Of a DNA stretch of 64,000 nt, positions 1 through 7,119 are shown piece after piece. The stretch is from an uncultured Anaerolineaceae bacterium (GTDB lineage Bacteria; Chloroflexota; Anaerolineae; Anaerolineales; E44-bin32): positions 8,239-72,238 of the forward strand of contig CAZBLT010000008.1 of NCBI GenBank assembly GCA_964492745.1, read 5' to 3'. The stretch's first letter is position 1; each line of letters starts with the position of its first letter. Under the pieces are notes generated by a model. The model saw only the letters and a list, made by a program, of their open reading frames with translations, searched no databases and had not been told where the DNA came from. Made by a program: the position numbers and the translations under genes.

Positions 1-1
1 C

Positions 2-1207
2 ATCATTGGTGACGGCACCGGACCCGACATCTGGCGCGCCGCGGTGCGCGTGTTCGACGCCGCTGTTCAAAGGGCCTATGGCGGAAACCGTCGGATCGCC
101 TGGATGGAGGTCTTCGCTGGCCAGCGGGCCTATGATCGCTTGGGTGAATGGCTCCCCGACGAGACTGTGCGAGCCTTCCAGGAATTCCTGGTAGGGATCA
201 AGGGCCCCCTTACCACGCCTGTCGGTGGTGGCATCCGCTCGTTGAATGTCGCCCTGCGCAAAGCGCTGGACCTGTATGTCTGCCTGCGTCCTGTGCGCTA
301 CTTCGAGGGCGTCCCTTCCCCGGTGCACAACCCCCAAGATGTCGACATGGTAATCTTCCGGGAGAACACGGAGGACATCTACACAGGCATCGAATTCCCG
401 GCCGGCTCCGAGGCCAGCACTGCCTTCTGCGGCTGGCTGGCACAAAACTATCCGGAGGAATACGCCAAGATTCGCTTCCCGGAGACCTCCGGCTTCAGCA
501 TCAAGCCCGTCTCGCAGGAAGGCACCGAGCGGCTGGTGCGCGCCGCCATCCGTTGGGCGCTCGAGAATGGCCGCCGCTCGGTCACGCTCGTGCATAAGGG
601 CAATATCATGAAATACACCGAAGGGGCTTTCCGCAACTGGGGCTATGAGGTCGCCGAACAGGATTTCAAAGACCGCGTCTACACCTGGGCCCAATGGGCG
701 CGCACAAGGGCCGAGCGGGGCGAGGATGCAGCCAACACCGAACAGGCTCAGGCACTGGAGGACGGCGCGCTGCTCGTCAAGGATGCCATCGCCGACATCG
801 CCTTTCAGCAGGTTCTCACACGCCCCCGCGAGTTCGATGTGATCGCCACCATGAATCTCAACGGTGACTACCTCTCAGACGCCCTTGCAGCACAGGTGGG
901 CGGAATCGGCATCGCCCCCGGCGGCAACATCAACTACGAGACCGGTCACGCCGTCTTCGAGGCCACGCATGGCACCGCGCCAAAGTATGCGGATAAGGAC
1001 ATGGTGAACCCCGGTTCGGTGATCCTCAGCGGTGAGATGATGCTGCGCTATATGGGCTGGGGGGAGGCGGCCGATCGGATCATCCAGGGCATGAGCGGTG
1101 CCATTCGGGCCGGCACGTTGACCTACGACTTTCACCGCCTGATGGAAGGGGCCACCAAACTGAGCACCTCCGCGTTTGGCGACGCGGTCATTGCCCACAT
1201 GGCATGA
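2..1207 (+). CDS. icd: NADP-dependent isocitrate dehydrogenase, 5' end outside window
   Basis: Frame is open from nt 2 ([22 protein letters not shown]...) and continuous with track ORF 44-1207. IDH-type motifs [24 protein letters not shown] and [23 protein letters not shown]. Confidence 0.9.
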   Translation: MIGDGTGPDIWRAAVRVFDAAVQRAYGGNRRIAWMEVFAGQRAYDRLGEWLPDETVRAFQEFLVGIKGPLTTPVGGGIRSLNVALRKALDLYVCLRPVRYFEGVPSPVHNPQDVDMVIFRENTEDIYTGIEFPAGSEASTAFCGWLAQNYPEEYAKIRFPETSGFSIKPVSQEGTERLVRAAIRWALENGRRSVTLVHKGNIMKYTEGAFRNWGYEVAEQDFKDRVYTWAQWARTRAERGEDAANTEQAQALEDGALLVKDAIADIAFQQVLTRPREFDVIATMNLNGDYLSDALAAQVGGIGIAPGGNINYETGHAVFEATHGTAPKYADKDMVNPGSVILSGEMMLRYMGWGEAADRIIQGMSGAIRAGTLTYDFHRLMEGATKLSTSAFGDAVIAHMA

Positions 1208-1923
1208 GCCGGGGCAGCGCTGCAAGTCCCTCTGAGCTACCCTTGCAGGCGCAGAGGCGCCGTGCCGCCGCGGTGCGCCGACGGCTGGACCGGGCCTTCG
1301 GCCAGCCCCCCTGGCGGCCGCACCTGGCCCCGCTGGATGAATTGGTCTCCACCATCCTCTCGCAAAACACCAACGACACCAACCGCGATCGGGCCTTCGA
1401 TTCCCTAAAGGCCCACTTCCCGAACTGGGAGGCTGTTCGCGATGCCGACCCAGCGCAGGTCGTCGAGGCCATTCAGGTCGCGGGTCTGGCCAATCAGAAG
1501 GGACCCCGCATTCAAGCCATCCTGCAGCAGATCAGCCGCGAACGCGGATCGCTGGACCTCGATTTCCTGGCTGCCTGGGAGCCGGATCAGGCCAGTGACT
1601 GGCTGATGCGGTTCAAGGGCGTCGGGCCCAAAACGGCCGCGATCGTGCTGCTCTTCTCGCTGGGGAAGCCCGCCTTTCCCGTCGACACCCACATTCACCG
1701 CATCAGCGGCCGGCTTGAAATTCGTCCCGACAAGATGAGCGCCGAGAAGGCCCACGACCACCTGGCGGCGCTCTTCCCGCCCGATAGCTATTACGCAGTG
1801 CACCTCAACCTCATCCGGCTGGGGCGGGAGATCTGCCATGCGCGCAACCCGGAGTGCCCCCGCTGTCCCCTGCGGCCTCTCTGTCCCTACCCCGCGCGCA
1901 GGCCTGTCGACTCGGAGGGTTAG
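1204..1923 (+). CDS. nth: endonuclease III-like HhH-GPD DNA glycosylase
   Basis: HhH-GPD signature ([23 protein letters not shown]) plus C-terminal Fe-S loop C-X6-C-X2-C-X5-C ([17 protein letters not shown]). ATG overlaps the icd stop (ATGA). Confidence 0.8.
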   Translation: MSRGSAASPSELPLQAQRRRAAAVRRRLDRAFGQPPWRPHLAPLDELVSTILSQNTNDTNRDRAFDSLKAHFPNWEAVRDADPAQVVEAIQVAGLANQKGPRIQAILQQISRERGSLDLDFLAAWEPDQASDWLMRFKGVGPKTAAIVLLFSLGKPAFPVDTHIHRISGRLEIRPDKMSAEKAHDHLAALFPPDSYYAVHLNLIRLGREICHARNPECPRCPLRPLCPYPARRPVDSEG

Positions 1924-2012
1924 CACCGTGGGAGCGGCGGGCGCACCGATCTCCAGTTCGCTCCAGCCGTCCGCGGCGGCTTTGCCGCCATCGAGAATCT
2001 CGAGGGAGCCCT

Positions 2013-2627
2013 ATGCGTAGACGCCACCCCTTGCTCCTGTACCGTATGAGCATGGCACCCTACCCGGGCAAGTTCCTGGCTCTGGCCGCCCTCCTGCTGG
2101 GGTTGTGGTCGCTGCAACGCTTGGGATGGGCGCAGCCCCTCTCGCCCTTTTCGGAAACCTGGCTGGCAGCGGCCGGCGGTCTCTCGTTGGCCGGGTGGGC
2201 CTTCACCCGGCTGGCACCGCGACTGGCCTATGTCGAACCCCGGCCGGATCATCTTTGCCTGCGCGTGCCGCTCTACCGCCTGAATGTCTCCTACCGCCGG
2301 ATCCTGAGCTCACGCCCGATCGAGTTCTCGCGGCTCTTTCCCCCCGGTAGCCAGCCTCGCAGGCGCCGCCGCACCATCAAAGCCTACCAGGGCCACACCG
2401 CGTTGGCGGTGGACCTGAGCGGCTGGCCCCTGCCGCCATGGCTCCTGCGCCTTTTCCTCGGGCCGTTCACCCTGGCGCCCGACCGGCGGGGCCTGGTTCT
2501 GCTGGTCGAGGATTGGATGGGCCTGGGCAACCAGATCACGGATCGCATGGAAGCCTTCCGGGCCGCCCACACACCGCCCCGCAGGGGCTTGCGCAGCCCC
2601 GCCGCCGAGATCCTCGACCAGGACTAG
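2013..2627 (+). CDS. hypothetical membrane protein
   Basis: Track ORF 1854-2627 trimmed to the first ATG after the nth stop. Two hydrophobic helices (FLALAALLLGLW, AAAGGLSLAGWAF) followed by a soluble part. The last 19 codons lie inside the 90-bp repeat. Confidence 0.4.
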   Translation: MRRRHPLLLYRMSMAPYPGKFLALAALLLGLWSLQRLGWAQPLSPFSETWLAAAGGLSLAGWAFTRLAPRLAYVEPRPDHLCLRVPLYRLNVSYRRILSSRPIEFSRLFPPGSQPRRRRRTIKAYQGHTALAVDLSGWPLPPWLLRLFLGPFTLAPDRRGLVLLVEDWMGLGNQITDRMEAFRAAHTPPRRGLRSPAAEILDQD

Positions 2628-2654
2628 CCCTCTCATTGCCGGCTTTGACAGGCA
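2565..2654 (+). repeat. 90-bp dispersed repeat, copy A (83/90 identical to 18124-18213)
   Basis: Hand alignment of GCCCACACACCGCCCCGCA..GAGATCCTCGACCAGGACTAGCCC..CATTGCCGGCTTTGACAGGCA against 18124-18213 gives 7 mismatches and no gaps. Confidence 0.85.
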
Positions 2655-2752
2655 TGCTGCGGGACCATCTTTGACAGCGCTGAGGCGGGTCAAAACATAA
2701 TTACTGATGCATTTTCAATCTTCCGCTGCCCTTGACAGGCCTTCAATCCGCT

Positions 2753-3532
2753 CTAGATCCCTCCCCCCAGGCTTGCGGCGAGGTCGTAGAGTCGATCCGC
2801 AAGATCGCATATCACTTCTCGCATGCAGAGGCGCTCAACCCAAGAGCCTGGGGTGCCCGACTCGCCATAGTAGGCGCCGGCGATCTGGCCATATATCGCG
2901 CCTGTCGTGTCGGCGTCCTCACCCAGATTGACCGCCAGCAGCGCGCCGACAATCAGGCCGGCGAAGTAGCGGCAGGCATCCACAGCTTCGCGCGCGCCGT
3001 GCGTGGTGCGTGAACTCTCTGCGGCATAATGGATTGCCCTCTCCGGATCGCGGCAGTAGAAGAGCGGGATCGGTGCCAGCCGCATGAGAGAGCCGTTGCC
3101 CGCCGTGCGCTTGTCGGTTGGGCCGCTGAAAGGATCCCCGGTGTGTTCGTATATCCGCAGTGCGGCGCTCATCGTGCGGCCGATATCGAAGCACTCTCCG
3201 GTGGAACTCATAAAGCCTTCATGCCACCATTGGAGATAGCGATCCATCTGGTCTCGGGCGTCGAACCCGCCGTTCTCTACCAGGCTGGCTGCCAGGCAAA
3301 GAGCCACGGATGTGTCGTCGGTCCATTGGTCGGGCTCAAGCCCGAAGGGGCCACCGCCGACCATGTCGGTGATCGGCTCGAAGGTGCCGGGGCGCTGGAA
3401 CTCCAGGGCGGTGCCCAAGGCATCCCCGATCGCAAGTCCGAGGAGCGCGCCATGATATCGAGACCGAAGCTCTTCCATGGACCTTCTCCCCCGGTCCCTC
3501 TTCATCGAGGTTGCCGCGGGTATGCCCGACAA
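2753..3532 (-). CDS. ADP-ribosylglycohydrolase family protein
   Basis: ARH/DraG-type motifs [52 protein letters not shown]. Start uncertain; alternative ATGs at 3505 and 3478. Confidence 0.8.
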   Translation of the reverse strand: MSGIPAATSMKRDRGRRSMEELRSRYHGALLGLAIGDALGTALEFQRPGTFEPITDMVGGGPFGLEPDQWTDDTSVALCLAASLVENGGFDARDQMDRYLQWWHEGFMSSTGECFDIGRTMSAALRIYEHTGDPFSGPTDKRTAGNGSLMRLAPIPLFYCRDPERAIHYAAESSRTTHGAREAVDACRYFAGLIVGALLAVNLGEDADTTGAIYGQIAGAYYGESGTPGSWVERLCMREVICDLADRLYDLAASLGGGI

Positions 3533-3565
3533 CCCAAAGCGCTAGCATTGTGGCTTCGTGTATGC

Positions 3566-4589
3566 CTATCCAACATCTCGAATCATGACCTTCTCCATCG
3601 CATCCAGAAAGCATAGCTGAACACTGGGCGATACCCCGAGCAGGGACCGAACCGCCTCCGCGTAGCGTTGCATTTGACGCCGATGCTTTTCAATAACCCT
3701 TATGAGGTCATTTTCATCCCGCAATTCATCGGCCTTGAAATCGATCAGCTTCCATTCGCTCGCATGGCGATAGAGGAGATCCATGACCCCTGAATCGAAC
3801 ACCCGGCCCGGGACAGGCCAGACATACGGCAACTCACGATAGCTTGCATCGGCCGCATCGATTTCTTCCTTGAGCGGGTGCTGCATGAAGCGCTCGAGCA
3901 GCCTGCGGGCCGCCTGGATTGCGGCTGCTCGCTGCACCGGCTGGACCATGCCTTCATTCAAGGCCACCGAATCATAGGAGGCGCTCGATGCCCTCCTGAC
4001 CCGGAAACAGCCTGCGCTCCAATGCTCGATGGACCATGAGGCCGATCACAGCAGCCGGTGGATGCACATGCTCCCCCGTCGCCCGCCAGTCGCGAGCGGG
4101 CTCTTCGTCCAGCTCTGCATCCAGCACCTCGACTGTCTCAGCTTCGATAGGCTTATAGAGGGGCTGCTCGTCCGAATGCGGCCACATCTTTTCAGGCACG
4201 CCCTCAGACGCCCGGCCAGCGTCCACCTTCTCGGGATCCATCCAGGCGGCGATCTCCACGCCCTCCCCGAGCGACAGGTGGTGCCAGCAGGCCGGCTCTC
4301 CTACCAGCTTCTCGATATCAAGATCGGCGGCCTCGGCGAGGGCCTTCATCCAACCCTCCGCCTTCACGCCCCTCGAGCCAACGGTGCAGTGCCCACTGAT
4401 GATCAGCTTCTCGCGCTCCCGGGTGGCGGCCACATAGAGCAGGCGATTCTCCTCCGCCTCGGACTGCCTCCCATCCAGCCAGCGCGCGAATCGATAGGCC
4501 AGGGGCATCGTCATCATCCCGGCTTCCAGATCGTTGAGCACCTTCAGCCGTTTCTGTTCCTTGCCGTTCAATGTCACCTGTTCTCTCAT
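3566..4589 (-). pseudogene. remnant of a UvrD/AddA-type helicase-nuclease (C-terminal part only, frameshifted) fused to a transposase-like N-terminal leader
   Basis: Two adjacent ORFs in different frames (3972-4589 and 3566-3967). The first carries helicase motif VI-like NRLLYVAATREREKLIISG. The second carries RecB/PD-(D/E)XK nuclease motifs (GVMDLLYRH..WKLIDFKAD, QMQRYAEAV). All ATPase domains are missing. The first ~27 aa (MREQVTLNGKEQKRLKVLNDLEAGMMT) resemble N-termini of IS481/ISNCY-type transposases, from memory. Confidence 0.65.
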
Positions 4590-4600
4590 GAGGTGACATT
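4570..4600. repeat. 10-bp perfect inverted repeat enclosing the start codon of the chimeric remnant ORF
   Basis: AATGTCACCT (4570-4579) and AGGTGACATT (4591-4600) are separated by 11 nt that contain the minus-strand ATG (4587-4589). Confidence 0.7.
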
Positions 4601-4661
4601 ATTACTGAACTAATAACCCCTGACATTTTTATTGGACTATAACAAAGTTCGAATTTGGTTC

Positions 4662-4689
4662 TTGACAAGTCGAAAATCCATGCTAGTCT
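4662..4689 (+). promoter_or_regulatory. sigma70-like promoter for the leader region
   Basis: TTGACA (4662-4667), 16-nt spacer, TAGTCT (4684-4689). Lies in an AT-richer intergenic stretch. Confidence 0.4.
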
Positions 4690-4709
4690 ATTTTGCAATA
4701 GGTAAGCCT

Positions 4710-4808
4710 ATGGGTTTCACTTTTTTCTCGCTGTTCATCTCCCTGATATCGCTTCTCATCCTTATTTTGGTCGAGAGGGCTTGCCCGATTGGGGTGATGG
4801 AGCGCTGA
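4710..4808 (+). CDS. candidate leader peptide 1 (32 aa, Ile/Leu/Val-rich)
   Basis: ATG 4710 is preceded by AGGT at 6-nt spacing. Translation is MGFTFFSLFISLISLLILILVERACPIGVMER, with stop TGA 4806-4808. Too short for the ORF track. Confidence 0.5.
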   Translation: MGFTFFSLFISLISLLILILVERACPIGVMER

Positions 4809-4827
4809 GCCTGTACGAGAAGCGCAG

Positions 4828-4858
4828 ACACCTCCCAATCGGGAGGTGTTTTTCGTTT
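4828..4858 (+). terminator. intrinsic terminator T1
   Basis: 9-bp stem ACACCTCCC/GGGAGGTGT, loop AATC, followed by TTTTCGTTT. Confidence 0.7.
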
Positions 4859-4876
4859 ATGCGTGAGGATCGAAGA

Positions 4877-5002
4877 ATGATGATGCCGCCGATTTCCAAG
4901 CTCACCCTGTTCATCCTGGTCCTTATCCTGCTGCCCATTTGCGGGCAGCTCCCGTCGGTTGGGCACGATCCGGGTTGGTCCGTGGAGATGAGCGGGGATT
5001 AG
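4877..5002 (+). CDS. candidate leader peptide 2 (41 aa; 47 aa if started at ATG 4859), Ile/Leu/Val-rich
   Basis: GAGGA (4865-4869) sits 7 nt before ATG 4877. Translation is MMMPPISKLTLFILVLILLPICGQLPSVGHDPGWSVEMSGD. Same frame as track ORF 4781-5002. Confidence 0.45.
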   Translation: MMMPPISKLTLFILVLILLPICGQLPSVGHDPGWSVEMSGD

Positions 5003-5027
5003 ACGGGATCAGATAGCGGGGAGTACC

Positions 5028-5062
5028 AGGAGCTGCCTCAACCTACGGAGGCAGCTCCTTTT
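5028..5062 (+). terminator. intrinsic terminator T2
   Basis: Perfect 12-bp stem AGGAGCTGCCTC/GAGGCAGCTCCT (5028-5039 / 5048-5059), 8-nt loop, then a TTTT run. Confidence 0.65.
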
Positions 5063-5089
5063 GAATCAACATCCTGTCATGGAGGTGAG

Positions 5090-5305
5090 ATGATGAAGAG
5101 ACGGAGACCGACCCCAGATGCTCGCACTTCGAATGCGGATACGGGCTTCGATGTTCGAGGTCCATGGGTCAACGCCTGGGATCCCAACTGGGAAAGAGTG
5201 TCGCCTACGGCCTCGGGAGACCAGCCATCAGGCGAGGATGTCTGCGCCCGGTCACCCGATCCGCAAGAAGCCGCGCAAGGCGAATACCGCGGGCAGGCCG
5301 CATGA
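5090..5305 (+). CDS. hypothetical 71-aa protein (doubtful)
   Basis: Strong GGAGGTGA (5081-5088) lies just before ATGATG (5090/5093). The protein is low-complexity with no recognisable family. The ORF lies between T2 and ilvD. Confidence 0.3.
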   Translation: MMKRRRPTPDARTSNADTGFDVRGPWVNAWDPNWERVSPTASGDQPSGEDVCARSPDPQEAAQGEYRGQAA

Positions 5306-5412
5306 TTCATCCAGACTGCCCGCAGGATCAGAGGATCCCCGGCCCCCGCCCATTTGCTCGAGACAGCATCGGTCTGGATGGGCAGGCGATTGAACGGCCC
5401 CCAAGGCTCGCG

Positions 5413-7080
5413 ATGCGTTCCAATCAGATCAAACAGGGTTTCGAACGCGCACCTCACCGCGCGCTGCTCAAGGCGGTCGGCGTGGGCGACGCGGATATGC
5501 CAAAACCGTTCGTGGCGGTCGTCAACTCCTACGCGGATATTGTTCCGGGTCACGTCCATCTGCAGGCTTTCGCCGGGACCATCAAGGAGGCCCTCCGCCG
5601 GGCCGGCGCAGTCCCCTTTGAGTTCAACACCATCGCCGTGGACGACGGCATCGCCATGGGGCATCTGGGCATGAAGTTTTCCTTGCCCAGCCGTGAGCTG
5701 ATCGCCGACAGCGTCGAGACGATGATATCGGCCCACTGCTTCGACGCCATGATTTGCATCCCCAACTGCGACAAGATCGTCCCCGGGATGATCATGGCGG
5801 CGTTGCGCCTGAACATCCCAACCATCTTCGTTAGCGGCGGGCCGATGCCCGCAGGCACAACACCCGATGGGCGGGCTGTCGACCTGATCAGCGTCTTCGA
5901 GGGGGTGGGCGCACTGAAGGCGGGCAGGATTGACGAGCAGGATCTGAAGACTCTCGAGGACCACGCCTGCCCCTCCTGTGGATCTTGCAGCGGTCTGTTC
6001 ACCGCAAACAGCATGAATTGCCTCCTCGAGGCTCTGGGTCTGGCGCTGCCCTTCAACGGCAGCGCCCTCGCTCAATCGCAGGAGCGCATCGAGCTGGCTG
6101 AGGAGGCTGCCCAGCGGCTGATGGATCTTATCGACACCGACCTCACCCCGCGCCGCATCGTGACGATGGAGGCTATCGACGACGCTTTTGTCCTGGACCT
6201 GGCGATGGGCGGCAGCACGAACACCGTGCTCCACATGCTGGCGATCGCGCACGAGGCCCAAATCGATTACCCCCTAGAGAGGATCAATGGGCTGGCAAAG
6301 CGTGTGCCACAGCTCTGCAAGGTCAGCCCGGCCTCGCAATGGCACATGCAGGATGTGCACCGGGCGGGCGGGGTGCCGGCGATCTTGCGCCAACTCAGCC
6401 TCGAAGGGGAGCTACTACACCTGGATCGCCAGACGGTCAGCAGCAAGTCGCTTGGCGAGAGCATCGCCGACGCTGCCATCCGGGACCCCGACGTCATCCG
6501 GCCGCGCAGCGACCCGCATGAGGAGACCGGCGGGCTCGCGATTCTCTTTGGCAACCTCGCCCCCGAGGGCGCGGTGGTAAAGACCGGCGCTGTCGCCGCC
6601 TCGATGCAGCGGCATGCCGGGCCGGCACGCGTCTACGAAAGCCAGGAGCAGGCCATGCGGGGAATACTTGGCCGCGAGGTCAAGCCGGGAGAGGTGGTCG
6701 TCATCCGCTATGAAGGACCCGCTGGAGGGCCGGGTATGCAGGAGATGCTCGCACCGACGAGCGCCCTGGTTGGCATGGGCCTGGGTGAGCAGGTGGCGCT
6801 GATCACCGATGGACGTTTCTCGGGGGGAACGCGCGGCGCATGCATCGGTCACGTCAGCCCCGAGGCGGCGGTGCGCGGGCCGATCGCGGCAATCCGAACC
6901 GGCGACATCATTGAGATTGACCTGGAGGCACGCACCCTGAACCTACGGCTTCCAGAAGGCGTGATCCGGGCGCGCCTGCGGGCGCTGCCAGAGTTTGAAC
7001 CGCGCACTTCGAGCAGGTGGCTGCGGCGATATGCCCGCATGGTGGCGAGCGCCTCGGAAGGGGCTGTCCTGCGGGACTAA
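5413..7080 (+). CDS. ilvD: dihydroxy-acid dehydratase
   Basis: [23 protein letters not shown]... is a typical IlvD N-terminus. Motifs [12 protein letters not shown] and [16 protein letters not shown]. Track ORF 5164-7080 trimmed to ATG 5413. Confidence 0.95.
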   Translation: MRSNQIKQGFERAPHRALLKAVGVGDADMPKPFVAVVNSYADIVPGHVHLQAFAGTIKEALRRAGAVPFEFNTIAVDDGIAMGHLGMKFSLPSRELIADSVETMISAHCFDAMICIPNCDKIVPGMIMAALRLNIPTIFVSGGPMPAGTTPDGRAVDLISVFEGVGALKAGRIDEQDLKTLEDHACPSCGSCSGLFTANSMNCLLEALGLALPFNGSALAQSQERIELAEEAAQRLMDLIDTDLTPRRIVTMEAIDDAFVLDLAMGGSTNTVLHMLAIAHEAQIDYPLERINGLAKRVPQLCKVSPASQWHMQDVHRAGGVPAILRQLSLEGELLHLDRQTVSSKSLGESIADAAIRDPDVIRPRSDPHEETGGLAILFGNLAPEGAVVKTGAVAASMQRHAGPARVYESQEQAMRGILGREVKPGEVVVIRYEGPAGGPGMQEMLAPTSALVGMGLGEQVALITDGRFSGGTRGACIGHVSPEAAVRGPIAAIRTGDIIEIDLEARTLNLRLPEGVIRARLRALPEFEPRTSSRWLRRYARMVASASEGAVLRD

Positions 7081-7119
7081 TAGGATGGCGGCTGGAGCAG
7101 GGCGGCCAGGAGGAGTGAG

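Noticed and set aside
4788-4805. T-box riboswitch: GGGGTGATGGAGCGC loosely resembles the T-box sequence AGGGTGGNACCGCG just upstream of terminator 1.
   Set aside because: Only about 9 of 13 positions match. The opposite strand would form an internal loop rather than the 7-nt bulge. The UGGA would need a U discriminator base. No Stem I, specifier loop or AG bulge could be found, and promoter to terminator is only about 160 nt. The leader-peptide model fits better.
5164-5412. Upstream extension of ilvD (track start 5164) and, similarly, extended track starts of ilvC (9422), leuA (10321), cimA (14120), ilvE (17015) and dnaN (21823).
   Set aside because: The extensions are Arg-rich and overlap upstream genes. 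The internal ATGs reproduce canonical family N-termini, and most are preceded by SD-like sequences or ATGA overlaps; the ilvD ATG 5413 has only a weak SD.
5077-6261. 394-aa ORF on the minus strand opposite ilvD. Similar long antisense ORFs occur at 8080-9018, 9236-10381, 12268-13224, 17234-18214, 18227-19255, 22624-23391, 27976-29025, 43803-44936 and 55838-56818.
   Set aside because: Each lies opposite or out of frame to a gene with unmistakable family motifs. Their products are Arg/Gly/Pro/His-rich low-complexity sequences, typical of spurious open frames in GC-rich DNA.
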